From: Callorhinchus milii
Taxonomy: Eukaryota
Length of the DNA stretch: 64,000 bases
Direction: 5' to 3'
Assembly (NCBI RefSeq): GCF_018977255.1
Contig: NW_024704757.1
Coordinates: 6,882,001 to 6,946,000 of the forward strand
This document shows, piece after piece, positions 11,188 to 22,003 of this stretch. A program made the position numbers and the translations under genes. The notes below the pieces were generated by a model. That model saw only the letters and a program-made list of their open reading frames with translations, was not told the DNA's origin and made no database searches. Numbering within the stretch: the stretch's first letter is position 1; each line of letters begins with the position of its first letter.

Positions 11188-14100
11188 CATCCCTAACCTA
11201 ACAAACATCTATCCACCTCACCCTTTGGGCAGCGTATGTGATCTGTGTGTTCCTCCCGTGTGTTGCTCTGTCTGCACATAGCCTGGTTGTGCTGAACTCT
11301 GTAGGCTGGTGGTCGCTGAGCCCAGCTAGCTGTGCCCACTAACTCTCTGCTTTCCTTTGCAGAATGGCAATCCGAACCTATATGGCGGCAGCAATGCAGC
11401 AGCACAAGCCAGGGGGATGCAACAGCCTCCAGCACAACCTCTTAACTCATCTCAGCCTAATCTCCGCACTCAAGTGCCTCCTCCATTATTATCCCCTCAG
11501 GTATTGGTGATTGGGCTGTGCCATGGGGTGGGGGGGGAGTGTTTGTGCTGTTACGTTTGGGATTTGTTTGCTGGATTTGATGGCGTTTTGGTGTGGGGGG
11601 CTTTGGGGGGTGGGGAGCAAGGGCAAGATGTAGGAGCTCTACCACCAGAGGGCAGCAACACCTCATTTTCCACAGCCATTTTCCCTACAAATAGGGAGTG
11701 GGAACAAGGATGACATTCAGCTCATCAGGCCTGCTCCTGCCACACCTTCCCCCCCACCCCTCACCCACCCCCACCACAGATAATCCAGCAAAACTCCCAA
11801 TTAACCATGTTCACCTCTCTGCAGCCCGTGCTGTGCTCTCAGGCTTGTAATTTATCCTGGTTATTAATCTGCAAGGATTTGAGTAGACTGCCCATTTAAT
11901 CCCACTGTCGTCGCTATCCCCATTACCCATTTACGTGTTCTTGTATCACAGCAGCAACAGGTTACATTTACACGGCGCCATTCACGTCGGGAGGACATGA
12001 CAAGGCACTAGGCAGTCGGAGACTTGGACCCGAGCTGGGGGTTGGGATCAGGAGGGAGTGGAAGGCAGGGAAGGTGGGGGTAGGAGGTTGACCGAAAGTG
12101 TGGTCAAAGAGGAGGGTTTTGAGACATGCCCTGAAGGAGGCAAAGGAGGGAGCGAGGTGAAGGGACTGTGGGATGGAGTTCCAAAGGGTGGGGGCAGAGA
12201 CTGAAGGCCTGACCTACATTGATAGGGTGGGGAAATGCCTATCTACTTCCCTCTTGAAACCCACAATGGATTATTAGCTCCTCGCCTGGTTTCTAACTCT
12301 GATCCTCTATCCCTTCTGACAGGTTCCAGCATCATTACTGAAGTACACAGCAGGCAACGGGGGCCTGAACCCTGCACTATTAAACTTTGCCCCCCAGCAG
12401 GTAGCCATGCTGAACCAGCTGTCACAGATCTCTCAGCTCCAGGTACGTCAGTCGCTACGCTGACTGCGAGCTCTGTGCCTCTCCGCAGCGGCTACAAGCG
12501 GCTTCATTTTTATTCTCTCTCTTTCCCCCAATGCCAGCGGCTGTTGCTGCAACAGCAAAAGGCTCAGAACGTACGGAACATGCCGGGCCCTCTCCGCCAG
12601 TCTCCAGAACAGGTACCAACTGCCCTCCTCCTTCAGGACCCACCTCAAGACGCTCCTCTTCGACCGTGCTTTCAATCTCCCTGCTTCCCCCCCACCCTTG
12701 CCCTCCCCCACCCTGATCCTCAGTTCGGATCCGTAACTCTGTCTGTCCAGCGCCTTGGGACATCCTCCCGACATGAAAGGCACTACATAAATGTAATTTT
12801 GTTGTTATTATTTGCTGGATCACTTCTCGCTATCTGGAGTCTTTGTAACTGTGGCTTAACATCTGCCCCGTGGCCTGGTTATAAACACTCAGGCACAGCG
12901 TGCGATGACGGTAGTTGGCAGGGTGTGCATTCCGTTCTTCAGTGCGTTGTCCTTGTAACCATTCCAACGCAGTGCTCTGGGGTGAGCTGTAATTGTCACA
13001 GGTGCCGACCTTCGGATGAGACCTTAAACATAGGGTCCCGTCTGCCTGTCCAGGTGGGCGTTAAAGATCCCATGGCACTATTTGAAAAGAGAAGGGAGTT
13101 TCTCTCCTGGTGTCCTGGCCAACAATCCCCCAAATAAAATTGGTCGCTCGCTCCATTGTGAGGCTGTTTGTGGATCACTGCCGTGCGCAAATTGGCTGCT
13201 GCATTTCGCCCACTAAATACACAGTCAATTCACTTTACAGTATATCTTGTGAAGCGCTTTGAGTCATCTGGAAGACATGATAAGGCGCGATACCAAATGC
13301 AAGGATTATTGTTGTATCCTGTGAAGCGCTTTGAGACTTCTCAACGACGTAAGGCGCAAGGATTATTCTTATGATGATATTCTCACTGTAAAAGACGGGA
13401 AAAATTGAGGGTTGTGGATGTGCTGTGATGTAATAACCCAGTGGAGTTGCCTCGCTGGTTCTGGCCGGCTCCTGTCACTGACATTGCTGTGTTATCTCAC
13501 ACGTTAAGGCGGCTCGTGTGTTCAACGTGCAACAGATGCTGCAACACCCGCGCCAGATGGACACCAGCCTCCTGATGAAGCAGCCACAGCCTCAGCCGAT
13601 GCATCAGCCCTCGGTGAAGTCCTTCCTGGAGAACCTCATGCCCCCCACCCCTCCCGAGCTGCAGACAAAAGAGCCGCCTTCGCTGCCTTCCTACAGCAGC
13701 TACCCTTTAGGTGGGTTTCCCCGACCCAGGCCAGGCCAGCCCGAGGCTGCTCATGCCCCCCACATGCCCTTAGACTATTCCATGGCCAAAATGTTTCCTA
13801 CCGACTGCAGCCCCGGCCTCCTTAGCCCGCCCCTGTGTAACCAAAACAGCCACCTGCCTGGCTCGCCCAGCCATCAGCGGTCGACGAGGAAGCCTGTCAA
13901 TCAAGATAGCAGGTCTATGTCAAGAGGTGAATACACATCCGTTTGTCTAAGCTTTACTCTGCCAGTGCGCCCCGGGGAACCCGCAAGGTTGAGTCCAGTC
14001 GGGGCCGTGAGTCTCTCTCTCTCTCTCTCTCTCTCTTTCTCACTCTGATGTTACATAGCACGGTGCAACTGTGTTCGAAGCTCCTGCTCTGCTAAGGCCT

Positions 14101-17100
14101 TCAGGGTGGTGGCTGTGGCTCAGCGGCTTTCAGCACAGGCCGGTGTGTAAGTACTGTGCGTGGTTGTTGGTCTGTTTGCTGGCGGACGTGTGAAGAAGCC
14201 CAGGCCTTGAGCTGTACGCACTGAGTCTTGTAGCATAGTGGTTAAGGCGCTCGCCTCGCAAGCTAGAGGACCCGGGTTCAATTCCCGGCTGGGGCGAAAC
14301 TTGTGTTTACCTGGCAGTAAGTAGGAAGCCAGTTGTTAGAGTGGATTGGCGGATCGCTTTCCAGGGGGTAATAAATAATCATTTGATGGGGGTTAAAAGA
14401 AAGACTGAAAGTCTGCCTTGGAACGCCAGAGTTCAGGTCTGCACTGCACCCGGCTGTGACAGTACTGAAGTCTAACCACTGTCATTCGTCTTCAGTAATA
14501 AGCCAGTCGCTGTCCGTGTTGCCTGCTGAAAGGGGGAGGGGACTCCCTGCTGGGTCCTGCTTTGTGCTACTTCTAACGAAGCTGCTTTCTGTTCTCAGGC
14601 TTGAATCCCAACTTGAATGTAAACAGCCTGGATTTCGGCAGTATTGTTAACCTGAAAGAGCCACAATCACAACAGTCCCGACTGAAACAGTGGACTGCCT
14701 TGGAGACCCTTCCTGTTAATACGTCTCTAGATCAAAACTCCAGCAAACATGGTAAGAACCCCAGCTCGATACAGATTCTTTAAATAATATTAATATAGTT
14801 CATTAATATTACCATTATTATTGGTGGTATTGATAACCCCAGCTCGGGTGCAAATCCTCGACTGTCCAGTGCCTTGGGACGTCCTCCTGATGTGAAAGCG
14901 CTGTGTAAATATCATTTGCTGCTGTTCTAAAATGACCTTGACATTTCCAATGTAACGCCACCAACACTGCATGTGATCATTGAACAACCTGTACAGATTT
15001 CCTGGGAGCACAGCAGGCTTGGAACCTGGTAGAAATTTGCACAAACGTTTTGAAGTGTAATTAATTTCCGTTTCTGCAATGTTTAATATAACTCTCACTC
15101 GCTCGCTCTGTCACACACCCCCGCACACACACGCACTTACTCTTATCACCCTCCCCTCACACCACATACACTCTCTTGTCTAACACTAAATATTACAGTC
15201 AATTCACTTTACGGTATATTCTGTGAAGTGCTTTTGAGACGTCTCGAAGATGTGATAATGTGCTGTGTCGAACGCAAGGATTATTATGATTTATTATTAT
15301 AGCAGTTTTGATTTTCCATCTCCAGGTGCTACTTCAAGTGGTCTTAGTATTTGTTCGTCGGGCAAGTTGCTTGAAGAATCTCCTTTTGGTCACTTTGACT
15401 TCTCCGGTAACTCCTTGGTCAGCCCTCCGGGATCCATTGGAGATGGCTGGCCCAGTGCCAAATCGCCCAATGATAAGCTCTCTAGCAATGTTAATTGGCC
15501 ACCAGGTAAGGTTATTCAGCTAATACTGCAAAACACCACAGATGCTGGCAATCTGACATTAAAAACAAAGGTCAGTGGGAACACGCAGCAGGTCAGGCAG
15601 CATCTATGGAGAGAGGAAAATGAGTTAAGGTTTCAGGTCGATGACCTTTCGTTAACTCATTTTCCTCTCTCCATAGATGATGCCTGGTCAGCGTTCTCAG
15701 TGACTTCTATTTTTATTTCAGGTTATTTAGCTGCTGTGTCTGTCTGTCTGTCCTAATCCTTCGTCAAACGTTTATTCCAATTTCTGTTGTTTTCTCAGCC
15801 TTGATAGTAAGTACAACAATTCGTACAACAATCAATTGTACTTTCAATTTGATTTTTCTTGCAAAATTCGTAAATAAATCATTATAATTTGGTCACTCAA
15901 TCCACAACCGTCTGTGGGACGGACACTGCTGTGTGCAATTGACTGCCGCGTTTTCACCCACAAAATATAGTCAATTCGCTTTACAGTGTATTCTGTGAAG
16001 CGCTTTGAGATGGTCTTGAAGACATGATAAGGTGCTGTATCAAATGCAAGGATTATGTAGATTACCTATTATTAATATAGTTTACCGACCCATTTGCCAG
16101 AGGAAAGAGCTTCTCCCTATTTACTCTTATCAAAACCCCTCATAATTTGAACATATCTATTAAATCTCCCCTCGCTGTTCTCTGCTCTAACAAGAATAAT
16201 CTCAGCCTTTCTAGTCTCTCTACATAGTTGAAGTCCCTCATCCCTTGTACTTGCCATTTGAATTTTTTTTTTGCAGTTCAGCTCAGGAACCTTGTATGTT
16301 ATTGTCAGTTAGAAACTGATGTGAGCCGTGTGGATGAGAGACTTGTTGGTTCAGGGTCAAGCGCTCCTGTCAGCTTGTCTGTACACAGCCGGCTGCTGTG
16401 TGTGTGAGTGGGAAGCCTACTGGCAGGCTGGCCTTTGCTGTTCTATATCCATCACTTGTTCTCTCCTAGCTTCACCGCTTTTGTGTGTGTGTTTTTTCCT
16501 GCTAGAATTTCGTCCTGGTGAACCTTGGAAAGGTTATCAAAACATTGACCCTGAAACTGACCCTTACGTCACTCCCGGCAGTGTGATGACTGGCCTGTCC
16601 ATCTCCACCGCCAGGGATCTCGACCTCCTCAGGGACAGGAACAACGGTAGGTGCTATCTCTGGTGGCTCTTTCTGCTTGTGTGTGTGTGTGTGTGAGTGA
16701 GAGAGAGAGAGAGAGAGAGACTGTGATGGTGGGTATTTTACTGTCTGATACCTCTAACTCTCTCTTGCCTTGTTTCCCAAAGGGTCATCGTCCTCTATGA
16801 ACACCACGCTGCCTTCAACTAGTGCCTGGTCCCTTGTTGGTGCCTCCAGCTACAATAGTTCCCTCAGCAGTACAGCACAAAGCACTCCAGGTCAGACACA
16901 GCCCCAAGTCTCGCCACCAGTGAGAGACTGTGCACTGTTTCATTTCCCATTGGATTGATGCACGCTCATTTTTTTCAAACTCATTTTGAGCACAAATATT
17001 GACTTTGGAAAACCTAATTCTAATCTTGTTGTTTTTAATGTAATCTTTTGTTGTGCAGTCCTGTAGCTCAGTGGTTAGAGCACTCGCATCGCAAGCGAAA

Positions 17101-19376
17101 GGACCTGGGTTCGATTCCCGGGCAGGGCAATACGTGAGGCAAGTTTCCTTACTCCAAACGCCTCTATTTACCTATCAGTAAGAAGGAACCCGGTTGTTAG
17201 TTGATTGGCAGATTGCTTTTCCGGGGGTAATAATCCCTTAAAAACAACAAAATTATATAAATATATATATCAATTCACTTTACAGTATATTATTTGTGAA
17301 GCGCTTTGAGACATCTCAAATGACATGATAAGGCGCTATATCAAATTATTATTATTATTTTATTATCATGTATTGACTTTCTTTTATTTGTGGTTTCACT
17401 TCACAGCCAGAATCGGTGACCCCAAATCCACATGGTCTCCTGGTCCAGTTACCAACACTTCCCTGGCTCACGAGCTGTGGAAAGTCCCGCTGCCTCCGAA
17501 AAACACTACAGCTCCGTCCCGCCCGCCCCCGGGGCTCACCAGTCACAAGCCTTCCCACTCCTGGGGGAACAGCTCGCTCCGCCTGGGGGTGGGATGGGGG
17601 AACTCCGAGTCCAGATACACCCCCGGTAAGTGCAGCCGCCAGGCTGGCAAAGTGACCCTCACACAGAGAGCCTTAGGAGCAGGTAGCCTGGCATTGCCTG
17701 AGAGCACTCCGATACGCTACCCCATATGAGGGTCACTATATGAATGCATGTTTTTAAGAGCATTGCGCATCAGTCTTTTAATGTGGGTGCGTGTGTATGT
17801 GTGTGTGCATATCAATCTATTATCTTTCAAAGATTTATTATAAACATCCTCGCATTTGGTCTTATCACGTCGGAAGGACGTCTCAAAGCGCTTCATGGGA
17901 TTTACTGTGAAATGGAGTGACTGCATATTTGTAGGCAAACGCGGCAGCACAATTATATGATAAATATACATATTTATAAAATACCTTTATGTGGATAAAT
18001 ACGTGGCTTCTAAAGTGAGACCGTTGTCTCCATGTTAACCTGATCGTTTTGTTTGTGTTACCCAGGTCCAAGCTGGGGTGACATCAGCTCAGGGAGAATA
18101 ACCAACTGGCTTGTTCTCAAAAACCTCACGCCTCAGGTAAGCTCAGCCAGTGGCCACTTACAGTTTATTGGTGGTCACATCAGCCAGGCGAGCTTTCACA
18201 CTGTGTCTGCCCTTCCCCTTGGAGGTGGGCTGACATCTGCTTCACACCTTGTGTGTGGGGTGGTGGGGTGTGCGTGTGAGATTCAGTCAGTGTTGAGCTT
18301 GCTCTCGTTCTCTGTAAGTTCTGACCATGTGGTTTGTCCCTGCAGATTGATGGCTCCACCCTGCGGACACTGTGTATGCAGCACGGCCCGCTGATAACAT
18401 TCCACCTGAACCTGCCCCATGGAAATGCTTTGGTCTGTTACAGCTCGAAAGAAGAGGCAGCCAAGGCACAGAAATCTCTGCACATGTAAGTCCTCATCGG
18501 TGGGGTGGGGGGGGAACTTTCCAGGGCATTGCCAGGTCCCATCTGCTTCCGTAGCATCCAAGGTTGCCCCGGCGTATAGAGTCCTGTAGTTCAGTGGTTA
18601 GAGCATTCATCTCGCAAACGAGAGGACCTTGGTTTGATTCCCGGCCGAAACCTTGCGCAAATTTTCTTGCTCCACACGCCTCTGTTTACCTAGCAGTAAG
18701 TAGGAACACGGTTTTTAATTGATTGGTGAGTGAATCGCTTTCCGGGGGTAATAATCCCTCAAAAAAAATATCTACGGCTGTTTGTGGGACACCCCTGTGT
18801 GCAATTGGCTGCCGTATTTCGCCCACAAAATACACAGTATATTCTGTGAAGCTCATTGGGACGTCTCAATGACCTGATAAGGCGCTACATCAAATACAAC
18901 GATTATTATCATTATTATTATTACTATGGGTCCGGTTTCTTGCGGGAAGGGGTGTTGAGTTTGCTGGTGATGGAACTACGCTGATCTCTCTCTCTCTCAC
19001 TGACAGGTGTGTTTTAGGGAACACTACCATTCTTGCCGAGTTTGCCAGTGAAGACGAGATTAATCGCTTCTTTGCACAAGGCCAGTCGCTGACCCCCTCT
19101 CCGGGCTGGCAATCCCTGGGATCCGGCCAGAGCCGCATGGGATCCATGGACAGCTCTCACCCCTTCTCCAACCGCAACGATCTCAGTCACTGGAACAGTG
19201 CTGGGCTGGCGGGGGGCGGGGGGGAGCTGCACGGCACTTCTCTCTGGGGGACCCCCAATTATTCCACTAGCCTGTGGGGGTCCCCGAGCATCAGCGAGAC
19301 CCGGGGCATCGGCAGCCCCTCCCCCATCAACGCTTTCCTCCCCGTCGACCACCTTGGTGGTGGAGAATCCATATGA
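1..19376 (+). CDS. TNRC6A: TNRC6A / GW182 (miRNA-silencing scaffold), 5'-truncated by the window edge
   Basis: Frame is already open upstream of ATG 21 (EKNLNIM). Phase-consistent GT-AG exons: <1-2952, 7155-7361, 8058-8218, 8854-8934, 9712-9760, 9871-10013, 10772-10939, 11363-11500, 12323-12442, 12538-12612, 13509-13710, 14599-14751, 15326-15505, 16506-16646, 16783-16890, 17407-17625, 18066-18136, 18346-18485, 19007-19376 (TGA). Motifs: GW repeats, [18 protein letters not shown], Ago-hook [11 protein letters not shown]2 ([14 protein letters not shown]), RRM ([33 protein letters not shown]), C-terminus [11 protein letters not shown]-terminal sequence recalls the A paralogue. Confidence 0.93.
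2001..2576 (+). repeat. Coding 36-bp tandem repeat, 16 units of [12 protein letters not shown], in the large TNRC6A exon
   Basis: Units counted in the translation from [12 protein letters not shown] to [12 protein letters not shown]; DNA unit about gggtggggggagccgggtaaacccactccatcccca. Confidence 0.97.
2985..3830 (-). mobile_element. L2-clade LINE fragment
   Basis: Minus strand encodes [10 protein letters not shown]. Related fragments at about 5355-5870(-), 11950-12230(-), 12620-12810(+), 37455-38400(+), 41175-41480(-), 56620-57075(+) and 63800-64000(-). Confidence 0.8.
4715..5100 (+). mobile_element. tRNA-derived SINE (older, longer subfamily)
   Basis: tRNA-like head plus a cctctgtttacctagcagtaagtaggaa segment. 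Related copies at about 14224-14390(+), 17058-17360(+), 18580-18925(+), 21300-21636(-), 26760-26958(-) and 60100-60328(-). Confidence 0.85.
8285..8490 (+). mobile_element. CR1-type LINE 3' end
   Basis: ttcaaaagggaattggat...gggccgaatggcctcctctgtgctgtatgattctgtgattc tail. Related CR1 tails at about 22640-22830(-), 23935-24380(-), 53660-53810(+) and 58470-58690(+). Confidence 0.7.
9073..9285. mobile_element. Palindromic non-autonomous repeat (Penelope-derived-like) with minimal hammerhead-like cores
   Basis: Imperfect inverted repeat with arms of about 105 bp, centred near 9178; related copies at 4490-4565 and 15530-15720. Confidence 0.7.
13000..13375 (+). mobile_element. Deu-domain-type SINE fragment
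   Basis: ttcggatgagaccttaaac...caggtgggcgttaaagatcccatggcactatttgaaaagag...gtgtcctggccaac resembles the central domain of DeuSINEs (LmeSINE1/SacSINE1 type, from memory). Other copies at about 24390-24775(+), 41580-41800(-), 49720-50070(+) and 62460-62760(+). Confidence 0.7.
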
Positions 19377-21245
19377 ACTTGTATACATACTCGTGACTTA
19401 AACTGTGACCTCAAAACGATCTTGAAAAGCAGCACTAAATGGGCTTTTCGTCTGCAGAGAGGGAGGGAAGGAGAGGAAGGAAGGGGTCGCGTGTGGAAAT
19501 GTTCCGTTCTGCACCTTTATTTCCACTTTGTTTTAGCCCAGGACATATCAGTTTTAATACTTGAATCATGCAGGCCAATATGGAAAGAAAATGTGAAAAA
19601 AAAGGTATATATTTATACTTCCAAATAGTGCTATCCATTACAAGAGAGAAACTGCTTAGAATGAGCTAGTTCGTGTGCACTCACTCACCAGGTTTGTTCC
19701 TTGAATTCCAAAAGTTTTTTTTTCTCTCTTCGGTATTGTTTGCTGATGATGTTGAGAGTACAGAGCTGTTATCTTTGCACTGAGAACCAACCACTCCCCC
19801 TCCGATTGGCAGTAGGAGGGGGGGAGAGATCACGGTTCAAGTGGAAATGTTTACTCAAGGATGCTCTGTTTAAAATCAAAATGGGCTGGGGAGGGAGGGG
19901 CGGGAGGGAGAGAGGGAGGGGAAAGTGTGCTCTTTTACTATGCCTTGATGTGTACCGAATTTATTGTGGTATTGTGGAGTAAGATCAAGTTCTCAGACTG
20001 ACTTACAAGTTATTAAAACCCCCAAGTATTGCACCGACCTGTTGTTCTTACCCAACTTGAAACTAAAGAGTTACCTGCAACGTGACACTGGTCAGTTAAG
20101 GTGTGACCTTGCTGGCCCGGCCGGCCAGTCAAAAGGGTACAAAGCACTTTCAATAGAGCTTTTTTTTTCAGTTTCGTTTGAATTTTCTCTCTGGGGGAGG
20201 TGCCCAGGTTTGCGTGCGCCCCTCTTGTTTACAGACATTTTGAGGGAAAAAAAATGTTTACTCTTCCATCGTTGATTAAAAAAGAAAAATTCAAAAAAAA
20301 TAAAGCAAAACACATAAAAAAAGCAAAAAAAAATTCAAAAAGGAAAAAATTGACCGAAAATAAACCCCCAATTATTGAGGATTGAAGATGTTTTCTATCT
20401 CTGGGAATATTGAACAGTGTTTAACCATGTTTCTTTTGTTTTCTATTCCTCTATATCCTGAAACAAGAAGAGCATGGTTCTCAGGAAATAGTTCCCCCAA
20501 GTAGAAACTTCTGCTAGTTATTGTAGGAAAACTCCCGACTTTTTAGCACTGAAAATAACTTACTGCTCTGTAAAGGTTCCTGATGTTCTTTTCCCCCCTT
20601 TTTGCCAAGTTAACTGCTTAAAGCCGCAACTCTACACATTGCTTTTGAAAATCGCTGTCTTTTTATTAGTGAGTGAAGCTGGTTTGCTGACATGCGTAGT
20701 GGTATATACATTTATTTTTTCCTTTATATTCCCATTTGAGTGGCTTAAATGTTTATGGCTAATAGTGTGAAACCCACCCCCTCAACCCCACCCCCGCCCG
20801 TCCCCATGTCCCAATTGTTGTCCCGTGAAGCTGAGATCTGTTAACTATGCATTTTTGCTGTAACCGGGTCCGTGGTTTACAGAAATCATCGTTCATTATC
20901 TGTAAGAAGTTTTAATGTAAAAGTTGTTGTGTATTAAGAGTTTTACAAAGAAGAAGAAAAAAGACGAGTTATTACATTTTTTTTTTGTTTCGTTCTTTGC
21001 CATAAAGGGTATTCCTATTTGTATCGCGCGCGCAAGAGAGAGACGCAAACACGGATACCATTTTAACAGTGCAAGCCGCCACCATTTCATTGCCTTCTCT
21101 ATAACTGTCTGTCCTAAGATGCAAAGCAAAGTCAGTGGCTTTTTTAACTGTTTACAAATAGAATGTGATTGTAAAATGTATAATTTGGTTGTTGAATTAT
21201 GAAGTTTCTCCAAATATTAATAAAAATCATGATGTTTTTGGCTGC
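19377..21245 (+). other. TNRC6A: TNRC6A 3'UTR with AATAAA poly(A) signal at 21219-21224
   Basis: TE-free, AT-rich stretch after the stop codon; AATAAA followed by a GT/T-rich tract, then SINE sequence resumes. Confidence 0.75.
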
Positions 21246-22003
21246 TCAGCATCGAGGTGTCCTCCCTTCTCTGTCTGTTGTACTGTCTCTTGATAATCAT
21301 ATATAATAATAATCCTTGCATTTGATAAAAGTGCCTTATTGTGTCTTTGAGGCGTGTTCAAAGCGCTTCACAGAATAGACTGTGAGGGTGAAACGCGGCA
21401 GCCGATTGTACACGCCAGTGTCCCACGGTTGTGGATTGAGCGACCAAATTGTTTTTGAAGAGATTATTATCCCTGGAAAAACGATCCACCAACCGACCAA
21501 CAGCCAGGTTCCTACTTACTGTTGGGTAAACAGAGTGTAGAGTAAGGAAACTTGCCCAAGGTTTCGCCCTGTTAGGGAATCAAACCCAGGTCTCTCGCTT
21601 GCGAGGCGAGTGCTCTAACCACTGAGCTACTGGACTCTCTAGGCTTTGCGGTATTGATTCCTCTGGCCACCTGCTGGCTTCTTGCCCGGCGTCTCTTCCT
21701 CCCACAGTAACCGCCCTCCCATTGGGGGAAGGGAAGGGGGTTGGTGGGCAGAGGTCAGGCAGCAGACGGCATCCAGTCCAAAGCCATCCCAGAGGAAATG
21801 CGTGGGACAGCTCACTGGAGGTCGAGCCTCGGAGAGAGTGCATCACTCATTGTTTCTGTGCAGCACAAAATAAACATGGAAATAAATCGTGTGGGTGGGT
21901 GTGGCGTTTCCACCTCAACCCAAACCTTGGAAAACACTGCAGCCAGGCTGGGGGGGGTGGGAGGGGAGAGGGGGGCAGTCAGCATCTCTCTCTCTCTCCG
22001 GGG

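Noticed and set aside
12489-12537. Alternative upstream acceptor ctccgcag|CGGCTA for a TNRC6A exon
   Set aside because: It adds 49 nt and shifts the frame; the 12538 acceptor gives the conserved RLLLQQQ peptide.
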